NCBI GenBank assembly: GCA_021811265.1
Contig: JAJZPH010000001.1
Location: forward strand, 16,779-80,778
Direction: 5' to 3'
DNA from: a bacterium
GTDB taxonomy: Bacteria; Chlamydiota; Chlamydiia; Chlamydiales; SM23-39
Length of the DNA stretch: 64,000 nucleotides
Positions 1-9,113 of the stretch are shown here, piece by piece (within the stretch, counting starts at the first letter, position 1; each line of letters begins with the position of its first letter). The translations under genes and the position numbers were made by a program. The notes below the pieces were generated by a model. The model was not told the origin of the DNA, did not search any database, and saw nothing but the letters and a program-made list of their open reading frames with translations.

Positions 1-1129
1 CGCTGGACAAGGAGCTCATGAGCTCTTCTCCAATCTTTAAAATTGCATATTGGAAGATCGAGAGTATCTCTTTACTGGCATGAAAGAGGATCATCGTGGA
101 ATGGAGGAGTTGCAATGCCCCGCTTGCTACATAGGTGGATAATTCTATGAGTGCTTGTTTTCCTCTTCGTTTGATCTCATACGAAGATTCGTCGATGATT
201 GAAGGGAAAAGCTGCTCTCCTTTGAGGATCTCATGTGCTCCTGATATGCAGTAGGAAGAAATTTCAAAAAAACCAATACGCAAAGGAGAATAGATGGCCA
301 AAGCACGTAAGTTTTCAAAGATCATTGCTGCAGTAAGACAACTTCTTTCCATCTCAAAGATACCCGAAGAGACATATGAGAGAGATTCTCGGGCGGTTTT
401 TTTTCCTAAAAGATAGGAGAGGTCTATCACTTGTGCAGATGCGTACAAGAAGGTACGGCCAGCTTTACAAACTTCATAGAGTCCGGAGAGGAGGGTAGAG
501 AAAAATTCCTTCCATACGGCTTCTGACAAGGAGGAGATGGTTTGTAAAGCTTCTGATGCTCCCAAGAGGGTTGTGCGCACAGCAGGCCCTAATTGCGAAG
601 TTCCCGACGTAAGATAGGAAAAAATTTCCTCGGCAAAAGGTTGGACTGCATAGATGGAAAGAGAGAGCGTGTCATAAGTAACAAAGACCGCCTTGCAAAG
701 AGCTCTGTGCGCTTCTTTTCCTCCAGAAGTTGTATAGGAGAGAAGTTCTTGGGTCACGTGCTGAAAAAAGAGTTCGAAAATTCTTTCGAGGCATTCTTCA
801 CAACCACCGAGTAGCACAAAAAGATGTTTGCAAAGTTCGCATCCTCCAGAGAGCAGATAATTGCCAGATTCTTTCAAGATAGCAGAGGGAATTCCTTGAG
901 GGACTTGGTAGAGTTCGCACACTACATTAGGAAAAGGTTGAAGGGTGGCTTTTTCGAACTCGTAGCAGCCGCTAATGCTATAGGAGAGCATCTCTATGCA
1001 CGCACGGGCCAAACCATGGATTGTACGAAGACAAAAAGTTCTGATCGCAGGGGCAACGTCATCCGCCACAATAGCAGCGCTAAGAGCGCAGTATTTTACA
1101 AGAAAAGAAGGAGAATCAATTCGTTGCAT
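1..1129 (-). CDS. hypothetical repeat protein; 3' end runs off the left edge (376 N-terminal codons visible)
   Basis: Absent from the ORF track because no stop is reached. My manual translation from the ATG at 1129 (MQRIDSPSFLVKYCALSAAIV...) stays open to position 2. There are 6 copies of a hydrophobic-[ST]-Y-x-x-S-G motif (LSYSISG, LSYTTSG, FSYLTSG, LSYVSSG, SSYCISG, STYVASG) spaced roughly 30-90 aa apart. Confidence 0.6.
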   Translation of the reverse strand, partial: MQRIDSPSFLVKYCALSAAIVADDVAPAIRTFCLRTIHGLARACIEMLSYSISGCYEFEKATLQPFPNVVCELYQVPQGIPSAILKESGNYLLSGGCELCKHLFVLLGGCEECLERIFELFFQHVTQELLSYTTSGGKEAHRALCKAVFVTYDTLSLSIYAVQPFAEEIFSYLTSGTSQLGPAVRTTLLGASEALQTISSLSEAVWKEFFSTLLSGLYEVCKAGRTFLYASAQVIDLSYLLGKKTARESLSYVSSGIFEMERSCLTAAMIFENLRALAIYSPLRIGFFEISSYCISGAHEILKGEQLFPSIIDESSYEIKRRGKQALIELSTYVASGALQLLHSTMILFHASKEILSIFQYAILKIGEELMSSLSS

Positions 1130-1163
1130 TGCACGTCCTCTTTATCATCCTGGTCTTCAAGTT

Positions 1164-1748
1164 TTATGTTCGAGGAGCTTCTTCTACATAATGGCTTGAA
1201 GCTGCGACTTGCTTGTCGTATCTCTGTTTAGCTTCATTTTCCATACGGCTGAAAACCACTCTTCTATCGACTCTTGCAAGATAGTATCCTCTAATTCTAT
1301 CCACATTGTGAGCGCAGCTGCCAGGATGGATTGCATTAATGATGCACACAGGACATGAATAAAGAGCAATGCCAGCATCTACAAGTTCGTCTCTCCATTT
1401 TTTCAGTAATTCTGGAACGGCCCCATTAATGCCAAGGCGAGTGGCTGTTGCAAAACGCAGAGGTATTGCGGGCAAAAGAAAGAGGGTAAAGACTACAATT
1501 CTCACAACTCGTGCTGCCAGTGTAAAAACTGTCCCCACAGTGCCTGCCATCAATGCTTTTATGTGGCGGCTTCGGTTGTCACCAAGGGGTAGTGTTTCTG
1601 AAATCATTCTTTGAGAGAGCTGCAGTTGCACCAATTTTCTAAAATTCATCGGCATAGTATCGGACCTAAATCCTACAAAATGCTCTTCGATAAAATTATA
1701 TTGTGTCCTGGGATCTTTGGGATAACTTTCAGACAATATAGTGGCCAT
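1164..1748 (-). CDS. hypothetical membrane protein with a bilobed hydrophobic domain (Inc-like candidate)
   Basis: ORF 1164..1787. I prefer the internal ATG at 1748 (MATILSE...), which is preceded by AAGGAG. A ~40-aa double hydrophobic stretch reads IKALMAGTVGTVFTLAARVVRIVVFTLFLLPAIPL. A C-terminal CPVC...H...CAH cluster is present. Confidence 0.6.
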   Translation of the reverse strand: MATILSESYPKDPRTQYNFIEEHFVGFRSDTMPMNFRKLVQLQLSQRMISETLPLGDNRSRHIKALMAGTVGTVFTLAARVVRIVVFTLFLLPAIPLRFATATRLGINGAVPELLKKWRDELVDAGIALYSCPVCIINAIHPGSCAHNVDRIRGYYLARVDRRVVFSRMENEAKQRYDKQVAASSHYVEEAPRT

Positions 1749-1942
1749 ACAAAACTCCTTATATTTTTTTCTCAATGAGACTACCAAGAAAAAGACCCCG
1801 AGTGCAATGAGTATTTTGTCCCGTCGCCATTTTTTAAAACTTTTTTTTCATGGGGAATGTTTTTTGCGAATTTGACAGGAAATGGTAAGCTTTTTGGTAG
1901 ATATGTTTTTTCAGAAATAAGATTTGATTTTGGGGAATAAGA

Positions 1943-2464
1943 ATGACGCTGCTTCAAGAGAATAATGCGCAAAATGAGAGGGATCTTTTTTTTATGAGAG
2001 AGGCTCTCAAAGAGGCGGAAAAGGCCTTTGCAAAAAAGGAGGTTCCCGTAGGCGCTGTGTTGGTTTTGGAAAATCGCATCATCGCAAGAGGGCACAACCA
2101 GGTCGAAATGCTGCAAGATGCAACTGCTCACGCAGAGATGCTCTGCCTTTCTTCTGCTTCTGCATCTCTTGGCAACTGGAGACTTGCCGAAGCCATTCTC
2201 TACTCTACTCTGGAGCCCTGTCCTATGTGCGGTGGTGCCATTTTTGCAGCACGGGTGAAGAGAGTTGTGTGGGGAGCTTCAGACCTTCGTTTAGGAGCTG
2301 GAGGCAGCTGGATCGATCTTTTTTCTATCAAACACCCCATGCACCAAGTAGAGGTTTGTAAAGGAGTTTTGGCAGAGCCGGCAGGGCTTCTTTTAAAAGA
2401 TTTTTTTAAAAAACAGAGAAAAGAGGGAAAAATCGAACAGAGTTGCTATACACAAAGAGCTTAG
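1943..2464 (+). CDS. tadA: tRNA-specific adenosine deaminase
   Basis: CMP/dCMP deaminase zinc motifs HAEM...PCPMCGG; size 173 aa. Confidence 0.9.
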   Translation: MTLLQENNAQNERDLFFMREALKEAEKAFAKKEVPVGAVLVLENRIIARGHNQVEMLQDATAHAEMLCLSSASASLGNWRLAEAILYSTLEPCPMCGGAIFAARVKRVVWGASDLRLGAGGSWIDLFSIKHPMHQVEVCKGVLAEPAGLLLKDFFKKQRKEGKIEQSCYTQRA

Positions 2465-2612
2465 AAAATCGGTTTTTGAAGCTACGGAAAATCCTCGCGG
2501 TTGGAAGATCGTAAACTGCCCAATATTAATGAAATATGGGGTGGTTTGCGGTCTTCCATCCCCGAATTTTTGGCGTGCTCCAGAAACCGATTTTCCAAGT
2601 TTTTTGTTTATA
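2447..2612. repeat. family-A palindromic element, expanded 166-bp copy (long nested hairpin)
   Basis: Ends tatacacaaagagcttagaaaatcggttt / aaaccgattttccaagttttttgtttata are inverted copies of the family-A arm. The interior has nested inverted repeats (ttggaagatcgtaaac / gtttgcggtcttcca). It lies between the convergent tadA and rhomboid genes. Confidence 0.8.
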
Positions 2613-2618
2613 AAAAGA

Positions 2619-3527
2619 TCAGCTCTCTTTTTTCTTTTTTTCTCTTCGCTCTTTCGAAATTTTTTGCATGCGCGCTTTTTCTTCCTTTGTCAAAAAGCCC
2701 TCTCCATAAAGAGAAATTTTGGAGAGCATTGCTTCCATGAACTCTTCATCGCTGATGATAGGATTGCCCGTTTTAATGTCATAGGTTTTAGCTTCGTGAA
2801 AGAGATGCGCCTTTTTTTCCATCCTTTTCTCTTTTCTTTTGTGGAAAAAGGCAATCACACGCCTTTCCATTTGATGCAAAAAGGGGAGAGGGCTGTGTAC
2901 ATGGTAGAGGCAAAGTACGTAGAGGTAGCCAAAGACACTGCTTGAGAGGTAGCTGAAAAAGGTTACGAAATCCCAATCGGAAAAAGCCAAGAGTAGGGGA
3001 AGTCCTAAAAATAACAAAAATATCCATTTTGCTTGGAAGGGAATGGCAAAAAAAAGTTTTAGCTCGGCTCCCGGGTTGAGCATGAGCCAAGCAGTTAAAA
3101 TGGAATAGAGAACAATGGAACTTCCACTGAGTTGGTAAAAAGGATAGGAAACTGACATGGCCAGAAGGCCAAAGAGACTGGCCACAAGCCCGCTGCCAAA
3201 AAAAAGAATGAAAAAATGCAAAGAGCCCACCCGTTCGAGAAGCGAGGTGCCAAATACCCAGATCAGATAGAGATGGAAAGCTAAGTTGAAGAAAAAGGAG
3301 ACGGAAATGCCATCGGAGGGAACTAGAAAAAGATAGGTCAGAGGTTGCCAGTAGAAGTGTTCGGTGACTCCCAGCCAGGAGAGAGAGAGCCCATGTTGGA
3401 GGGGAAAGTGGGGAAAAAAACTCACCTGCAGAGCACAAAAAAGACTTGCAATTCCCGTCAGGAAAAGTATGGTTTGCATGATTGTGGGGGTCTTTTGAGG
3501 ACCAATTTTGTATAAAGGATGGCGCAT
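2619..3527 (-). CDS. rhomboid-family intramembrane serine protease (probable)
   Basis: Polytopic membrane protein with a GSSI(V)LYS-type Gx(S)xG serine motif, an upstream H-containing helix and a charged C-terminal tail. Start uncertain. Confidence 0.6.
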   Translation of the reverse strand: MRHPLYKIGPQKTPTIMQTILFLTGIASLFCALQVSFFPHFPLQHGLSLSWLGVTEHFYWQPLTYLFLVPSDGISVSFFFNLAFHLYLIWVFGTSLLERVGSLHFFILFFGSGLVASLFGLLAMSVSYPFYQLSGSSIVLYSILTAWLMLNPGAELKLFFAIPFQAKWIFLLFLGLPLLLAFSDWDFVTFFSYLSSSVFGYLYVLCLYHVHSPLPFLHQMERRVIAFFHKRKEKRMEKKAHLFHEAKTYDIKTGNPIISDEEFMEAMLSKISLYGEGFLTKEEKARMQKISKERREKKKKES

Positions 3528-3657
3528 AAAAATTTTTCTTCCCTTTTCCTCTACTCCTAAGAGATTGCAGATTTTTTTTCAACAGGCTCATGAAATTGTC
3601 TTGTTTTTTAACCTTTTTTTCAATTAGGATTGCTTCATCATTTACCGGAGATTCAAA

Positions 3658-4002
3658 ATGAAAAAAAAGATCCATCCCGCTTATCAGGAAATTCTGTTCG
3701 TAGACTCTTCCAACGGCAGTAAGTTTGTATGTGGAAGTACTTTGCAGCCAAAAGAAAAGGAAATGTTTGAAGGAAAAGAATATCCCCTCTATCGCGTGGC
3801 CGTCTCTTCGGCCTCTCACCCCTTTTTCACTAAAACCAAGCAGTTTATGGACACAGAAGGACGGGTCGACAAGTTCACCAAGCGCTACGCAAAGAAAAGA
3901 GAAGAGTCGATCAAAGAAGCCGAAGCTGTTGTTCCCGAAAAGAAAAAGAAAGAAAAGAAAACAGCATCTGCAAGCAAGGCTCGAAAGAAAAAAGCAGAGT
4001 AG
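3658..4002 (+). CDS. rpmE: 50S ribosomal protein L31 (type B) with a Lys-rich C-terminal tail
   Basis: [23 protein letters not shown]...HPFFT matches the L31 type B pattern. Sits upstream of prfA. Confidence 0.9.
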   Translation: MKKKIHPAYQEILFVDSSNGSKFVCGSTLQPKEKEMFEGKEYPLYRVAVSSASHPFFTKTKQFMDTEGRVDKFTKRYAKKREESIKEAEAVVPEKKKKEKKTASASKARKKKAE

Positions 4003-4026
4003 TGCTTTTTTGGTAGAGAGAAATGC

Positions 4027-5091
4027 ATGGAAGCAAAAATCACGCGCCTCCTCCAGAGGCTATCCGAGGTGGAGGACCTTTTGGCAAGTCCCACCGCTCT
4101 TGCCGATCAAAAACTCTATCGGGAACTTACCCAAGAGTATTCCTTTCTTTCCCAGCTTCGAGAGTCGTGGAATTATTACCAAAAAATGCTTCTCCAGTTG
4201 GCCCAAACCCGTGATCTTTTGCTAACGGAAAAAGATCCTGAACTCATCGAGGTTTTAAAAGAAGAGCTCAAAGATTTAGAGCTCCAATCTTCCCTTTCGC
4301 AGAAGAAGCTTGAGACTATGCTCGTTCCCCCAGACCCAAAGGATAGCGCCAATACGATTTTGGAAATACGTGCAGGAACTGGAGGAGAGGAGGCTGCACT
4401 TTTTGTTGCTGATTGCATCCGCATGTATCAGAACTATGCTAATCGTAAGGGTTGGCGTTATGAGGTTTTGAGTTCTACTCCTTCTGATTTGGGAGGGTTT
4501 AAAGAATATATCATGGCTCTTTCCGGTCCCAATGTCTTTCGCTACCTGCAATATGAGGCAGGAACCCATCGGGTACAGCGAGTTCCTGCAACGGAAGCGC
4601 AAGGACGTCTACACACTTCGGCGATCACGGTAGCTGTTTTTCCAGAACCTACCGACGACAATGCAGTGGAGATAGCTGAAAAAGAGCTTCTTGTAGATAC
4701 CTACCGTGCTTCCGGGGCGGGAGGACAGCATGTCAACGTCACCGACTCTGCCGTGCGGCTGACACATATCCCTACGGGAATCGTAGTGACGTGCCAAGAC
4801 GAAAGATCCCAACACAAAAATAAAGAAAAAGCGCTTCGTCTTTTACGGGCAAAAATTCTGGAAGAAAGGCAGAGAAAACAGCAGAGCGATATTGCTGCCC
4901 TTCGCTCTTCACAGGTAGGAAGCGGAGATCGCTCGGAGAGAATCCGCACCTATAATTTCCCCCAAAATCGCCTAACAGACCATCGCATCGATTTGACTCT
5001 GTACAAACTCGATCAGATCATAGATGGGGATTTGGATGATATTACGCAGGCCTTAGTTTCTCATTATTACCAACAAAAGCTTCTTGCGTGA
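4027..5091 (+). CDS. prfA: peptide chain release factor 1
   Basis: GGQHVN motif, PAT-region (RVPATE), 354 aa. Confidence 0.97.
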   Translation: MEAKITRLLQRLSEVEDLLASPTALADQKLYRELTQEYSFLSQLRESWNYYQKMLLQLAQTRDLLLTEKDPELIEVLKEELKDLELQSSLSQKKLETMLVPPDPKDSANTILEIRAGTGGEEAALFVADCIRMYQNYANRKGWRYEVLSSTPSDLGGFKEYIMALSGPNVFRYLQYEAGTHRVQRVPATEAQGRLHTSAITVAVFPEPTDDNAVEIAEKELLVDTYRASGAGGQHVNVTDSAVRLTHIPTGIVVTCQDERSQHKNKEKALRLLRAKILEERQRKQQSDIAALRSSQVGSGDRSERIRTYNFPQNRLTDHRIDLTLYKLDQIIDGDLDDITQALVSHYYQQKLLA

Positions 5092-5092
5092 T

Positions 5093-5938
5093 ATGCAAAC
5101 ACTACTCGAACTACTCAAAAGCAGCAGCAAAGAACTTCAACACAGTCACGTGGGCGATGCGCGGCTCTCTGCAGAGATCTTACTCGCGCACATTCTTGGA
5201 TGCAAACGCATGGATTTATATTTGCACTTTGACCAGCCGTTGGAGGAAAAAGAGGTAAAGGCCTACCAACTCCTTCTCGAGAGGAGAAAAAAAAGAGAGC
5301 CCGTGGCTTATATTTGCGGCAGCGTGCCCTTTTTTCATTTGGAAATCGAAGTGAACAAGGATGTGCTCATCCCAAGACCGGAAACCGAGCTTCTCGTAGA
5401 GAAGATGGTAGATCGATTGAAAAAAGAGGACCTTTCTGGAAAACTCTTCATGGACCTCTGCACTGGCAGTGGCTGCATGGCTCTTGCCATCAAACAAAAT
5501 TTTCCCGAACTAAGGGTGGCGGCAAGCGATATTTCGCCCCAAGCTTTAGAAGTTGCCAAGAGAAATGCGAAAAACAACTCCCTTGTGATCGAATACCATT
5601 TAGGAGACCTGTTGGAAGGATTTTCTGAAAAAATAGACTTTTTATGCTGTAATCCTCCCTATATTAGCGAAGAGGAGCAATCTTCTTTAGAAGAGGAAGT
5701 GGTATTGTACGAGCCCAGAGAGGCTCTTTTCGCAAAGGATTTTGGCTATGAGTTTTATGAAAGACTTTCCCAAATTCTACCCTCCTATTTGCACCCGAAA
5801 GCAAAGATTTTTTTTGAAATTGGCAAGGGGCAAAAAAGCCAGATGCAAAAAATCTTTTGTCAAAAACCCTGGATTCTGCCCCAGTTTTTTTGCGATTACA
5901 ATGGCATAGATCGCTTCTTTTTCCTTGAAACTGAATGA
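5093..5938 (+). CDS. prmC: release factor glutamine N5-methyltransferase
   Basis: NPPY motif and SAM-binding DLCTGSGC. Lies immediately after prfA. I prefer the ATG at 5093 over the TTG at 5084. Confidence 0.9.
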   Translation: MQTLLELLKSSSKELQHSHVGDARLSAEILLAHILGCKRMDLYLHFDQPLEEKEVKAYQLLLERRKKREPVAYICGSVPFFHLEIEVNKDVLIPRPETELLVEKMVDRLKKEDLSGKLFMDLCTGSGCMALAIKQNFPELRVAASDISPQALEVAKRNAKNNSLVIEYHLGDLLEGFSEKIDFLCCNPPYISEEEQSSLEEEVVLYEPREALFAKDFGYEFYERLSQILPSYLHPKAKIFFEIGKGQKSQMQKIFCQKPWILPQFFCDYNGIDRFFFLETE

Positions 5939-6073
5939 CTTTTTTAGTATTCTCTCTGACGAGAATTATGGCATTGCCACATAATAAAATATCTTGCAGT
6001 TGCCGGAAGAATTGACTTTTTGGGCTGCTAGGCCTGATTCTTCAAGTAATTTGGTATCAACCACTCAAAATAT

Positions 6074-7426
6074 ATGTTTGAAAGTGTAACAGAAAAATTT
6101 CGTGCTCTTTTTAGCCATCTTGCTTCTGCAAAAAAATTGACGGAAGAGAATGTCCAAGAGGCAGCCCGCGAAGTGAGGCTTGCTCTTTTGGAAGCCGATG
6201 TGAGTTATAGTATCGTGAGTGGGTTGATCCAAAAAATCAAAGAAAAGGCTATTGGCGAGAACATCGTTGGGTCGATAACTCCTGGCCAGCAATTCATCAA
6301 GATTGTTCATGATGAACTTGCAACTCTAATGGGGAGTGAACCTGCGTCCTTGGATTTGAAAGAAAAACCCAGTGTGATCATGCTCTGCGGTCTTCAAGGT
6401 GCGGGAAAGACCACGCATGCTGCGAAACTGGCCCACTTTTTGCAACGAAAAAAGGAGAAGATCCTTCTTGCTGCCTGCGACCTGCAAAGACCCGCTGCGA
6501 TTGAGCAGCTATGCCAGCTAGGGGCCTCCATTGGCGTTGAGGTTTTTTCAATACCTGGAGAAAAAAACGCGGAGAAAGTAGCAAAAAAAGCAAAACAAAA
6601 AGCGGTCGATGAAAAATTTGACGTCTTAATCGTAGATACTGCCGGAAGGCTCCACTTGGACGCAGAGTTGATGCAAGAGCTCAAAGAGATCAAAGAATCG
6701 ATCTTGCCTCATGAAATTCTTTTTGTGGCCAATGCGACCATGGGACAAGATGCCATTCGTACGGCTGCTACCTTTGACGCTGAGATTGCAATTACGGGCA
6801 GCATTTTGACTATGCTCGATGGCAATTGCCGCGCAGGTGCTGCTTTGACCATTCGAGAAGTTACGAAAAAACCATTGAAGTTTGAGGGCATTGGTGAGAA
6901 AATAGAAGACTTGCAAATCTTTCATCCCTCTTCGATGGCAGATAGGATTTTGGGGATGGGAGACGTCATCAATCTCGTTCGCAAAGCCGAAGAGGCTTTT
7001 GACGAGACAGAGGGGAAGAAGATGGAGGATAAATTGCGCAAAGCTTCCTTCACCTATAATGACTATTTGCGGCAGATGGGCATGATGAAAAAAATGGGTT
7101 CTTTTAAGAATGTGTTGAAAATGGTGCCCGGCCTTTCTTCCATGATGGGAGGAGAGGGAAGAGATTTTGAAATGTCGGACAAAGAGTTTCAAAAAATGGA
7201 ATCGATGATTCTCTCCATGAACATGGAAGAGAGAGAGGAAAAGGTAGAGCTTTCACATGCACGCCGTCGGCGCATTGCTTCTGGCAGTGGCGTGAAGCTG
7301 GATGAGGTGAATCGATTTGTGAAAGGATTTAAAAAAATGAAACAGCTGGTCAAAAGCTTAGGTCAAAAAGGAGGATTTTCTGCGATGAAACAGCAAATGA
7401 TGGGAGGAAAGACATGGCCCTTGTAA
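6074..7426 (+). CDS. ffh: signal recognition particle protein Ffh
   Basis: GLQGAGKTT P-loop, DTAGR, and a Met-rich M domain. Confidence 0.97.
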   Translation: MFESVTEKFRALFSHLASAKKLTEENVQEAAREVRLALLEADVSYSIVSGLIQKIKEKAIGENIVGSITPGQQFIKIVHDELATLMGSEPASLDLKEKPSVIMLCGLQGAGKTTHAAKLAHFLQRKKEKILLAACDLQRPAAIEQLCQLGASIGVEVFSIPGEKNAEKVAKKAKQKAVDEKFDVLIVDTAGRLHLDAELMQELKEIKESILPHEILFVANATMGQDAIRTAATFDAEIAITGSILTMLDGNCRAGAALTIREVTKKPLKFEGIGEKIEDLQIFHPSSMADRILGMGDVINLVRKAEEAFDETEGKKMEDKLRKASFTYNDYLRQMGMMKKMGSFKNVLKMVPGLSSMMGGEGRDFEMSDKEFQKMESMILSMNMEEREEKVELSHARRRRIASGSGVKLDEVNRFVKGFKKMKQLVKSLGQKGGFSAMKQQMMGGKTWPL

Positions 7427-7788
7427 TTCGATTAAGACAACAGGGAAGAACAAATCGAAAATGTTTTCGTTTGGTTGTTGCCGATAAAAGATCGCCACGA
7501 GATGGAAAATATGTAGAAAAGCTCGGCTGGTATGATCCTTTTTTGCAAAAAGAGGTCAATTACGTGATTGATGCTCCCCGCGTTCAATATTGGCTTTCCA
7601 AAGGAGCTGAAATCTCGGAAAGAGCACGAGCCCTTGTTGCAAAAGTTGCTCCTGAAGTTATTCGGGTGCTAGGTCAAAAGAAAGTGAAAAAAAAGAAGAG
7701 CGTACAAGCGGCTCAAAAAGCAGAGACTTCTGTAAAAAAAGAGCCGGCAAAGAAAAAGGTGAAAAAAAGCCCTGAGGCCAAAGCGTAG
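7414..7788 (+). CDS. rpsP: 30S ribosomal protein S16 with a Lys-rich C-terminal tail
   Basis: [42 protein letters not shown] matches the S16 signature. Confidence 0.95.
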   Translation: MALVIRLRQQGRTNRKCFRLVVADKRSPRDGKYVEKLGWYDPFLQKEVNYVIDAPRVQYWLSKGAEISERARALVAKVAPEVIRVLGQKKVKKKKSVQAAQKAETSVKKEPAKKKVKKSPEAKA

Positions 7789-7790
7789 GT

Positions 7791-8531
7791 ATGCAGATCG
7801 ATATCCTTTCGCTTTTTCCCGAATATTTTCAGAGCCCTTTTGACGTGAGTATTCTGAAACGCGCTTGTGCATCTGGCATTTTGTCGATTAGTCACGTGGA
7901 TATCCGTCGTTTCTCTAAAGACAAGCACAAGAAGGTGGATGATCGCCCCTTTGGAGGGGGTCCGGGGATGGTGATGATGCCAGAGCCCGTGGTTGCAGCG
8001 ATTCGAAGCGTTCGAAAGTCCGGATCGCATGTAGTCTTTCTTTCACCACAGGGAAAACTGCTCACCTCTCGTAAGTGCGAAGAGCTTGCGACAAAAGAAC
8101 ATCTGGTTTTTTTGTGCGGTCATTATGAGGGAATCGATGCAAGGGCAGAAAAAGAGGTAGATGAAGAGATCAGCATTGGTGATTACGTTTTGACCAATGG
8201 GTGTATTGCTGCAATTGTTGTGATCGATGCGCTCTCGCGTTTTATTCCTGGAGTGCTGGGACATCCAGATGCAGCTTTCGAAGACTCATTTCAAGACGGG
8301 ATTTTTGATGGGCCCCAATACACAAAGCCGATCGAATTTGAAGGGGAGAAAGTGCCCGAAGTTTTACGAGGGGGAAATCATCAAGAAATTCGCAACTGGA
8401 GGCTAAGTCAAGCCTTGCAAAAAACGAAGAGGGTTCGCCCCGAGCTCTATGCAAAATATCTATTAGAACAGTGTCAATTATTAGCAAAAGAAGAAGAGGT
8501 GTCAAGTGAGCCGCAGAAATCAAATGGTTGA
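7791..8531 (+). CDS. trmD: tRNA (guanine37-N1)-methyltransferase
   Basis: [13 protein letters not shown]...[13 protein letters not shown]...GHYEGIDAR matches TrmD motifs. Confidence 0.95.
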   Translation: MQIDILSLFPEYFQSPFDVSILKRACASGILSISHVDIRRFSKDKHKKVDDRPFGGGPGMVMMPEPVVAAIRSVRKSGSHVVFLSPQGKLLTSRKCEELATKEHLVFLCGHYEGIDARAEKEVDEEISIGDYVLTNGCIAAIVVIDALSRFIPGVLGHPDAAFEDSFQDGIFDGPQYTKPIEFEGEKVPEVLRGGNHQEIRNWRLSQALQKTKRVRPELYAKYLLEQCQLLAKEEEVSSEPQKSNG

Positions 8532-8943
8532 AGATTTTGAAAAGGCATTTAAAGTGCAAAAAAGAACTCCTTTTAAGGTAGGAGATACAATTCGCGTCCA
8601 CCAGCGCATTCAGGAAGAAGAAGGACAAAAAGAGCGCATTCAGATTTTTACAGGAACGGTCATTGCAAAAAAGGGACAAGGCGTGTCCGAAACTTTTTCC
8701 GTCTATCGAAATGCCTATGGATGCAGTATGGAGAGGGTCTTTCTTCTTCATAGCCCTAAAATCAGTAAAATTGACGTTGTTGCTTCTGCCAAGGTACGCC
8801 GCTCGAAACTCTATTATCTTAGAGGGGTTTCTGGAAGAAAGGCTAAGCTGAAAGAAAAATTTGGCGCAATTTTAGGTGAGGAAGAAGGCATGGGATCTGA
8901 AGGTGCTCTGCCTGCAACATCTGCAACGCCTCCTCAAGCCTGA
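8524..8943 (+). CDS. rplS: 50S ribosomal protein L19
   Basis: [10 protein letters not shown]...[15 protein letters not shown] matches the L19 core. Start is ambiguous (GTG 8506 or ATG 8524). Confidence 0.9.
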   Translation: MVEDFEKAFKVQKRTPFKVGDTIRVHQRIQEEEGQKERIQIFTGTVIAKKGQGVSETFSVYRNAYGCSMERVFLLHSPKISKIDVVASAKVRRSKLYYLRGVSGRKAKLKEKFGAILGEEEGMGSEGALPATSATPPQA

Positions 8944-9113
8944 TTGCAGAGTATTTCTTGTGCAAAGATCGATTCTAGCTCCTTTCGCATGTTGCGAAAG
9001 GGCTGGAACATAGATTTTCAAAGGGTTTTCTCAAAACAATCATAAACTCTTTTCTTGTGTACTATTTTTTATCAAGGTAATATTTTTTTTACCTTAAGAG
9101 AAAGAGTGCACAC

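Noticed and set aside
2501-2945. ORFs 2501..2740 and 2529..2945, the extended start 9834 of the peroxiredoxin ORF, and ORF 26857..27099.
   Set aside because: They are created by, or read through, the palindromic repeat elements. Identical peptide fragments (e.g. ...NRFSKFFVYK...) recur simply because the DNA repeat recurs. Not genes.
2788-3819. 343-aa minus-strand ORF, the longest alternative ORF near the rhomboid gene and rpmE.
   Set aside because: It overlaps the motif-supported rhomboid-like gene in another frame and runs antisense into rpmE. The product is low-complexity (S/F/L/K-rich) with no recognisable motif. Judged a chance open frame.
5939-6073. Possible SRP (4.5S) RNA just upstream of ffh, prompted by a gccggaagaa string.
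   Set aside because: The conserved domain IV sequence (…GGUCCGGAAGGAAGCAGCC… as I recall it) and its symmetric-loop hairpin are not present. Only a 7-nt coincidence.
8981-9001. Hairpin cctttcgca-tgt-tgcgaaagg after rplS, considered as a terminator.
   Set aside because: It has a 9-bp stem but only a 3-nt loop and no following T-run. It may still pause transcription, but I do not list it as a supported terminator.
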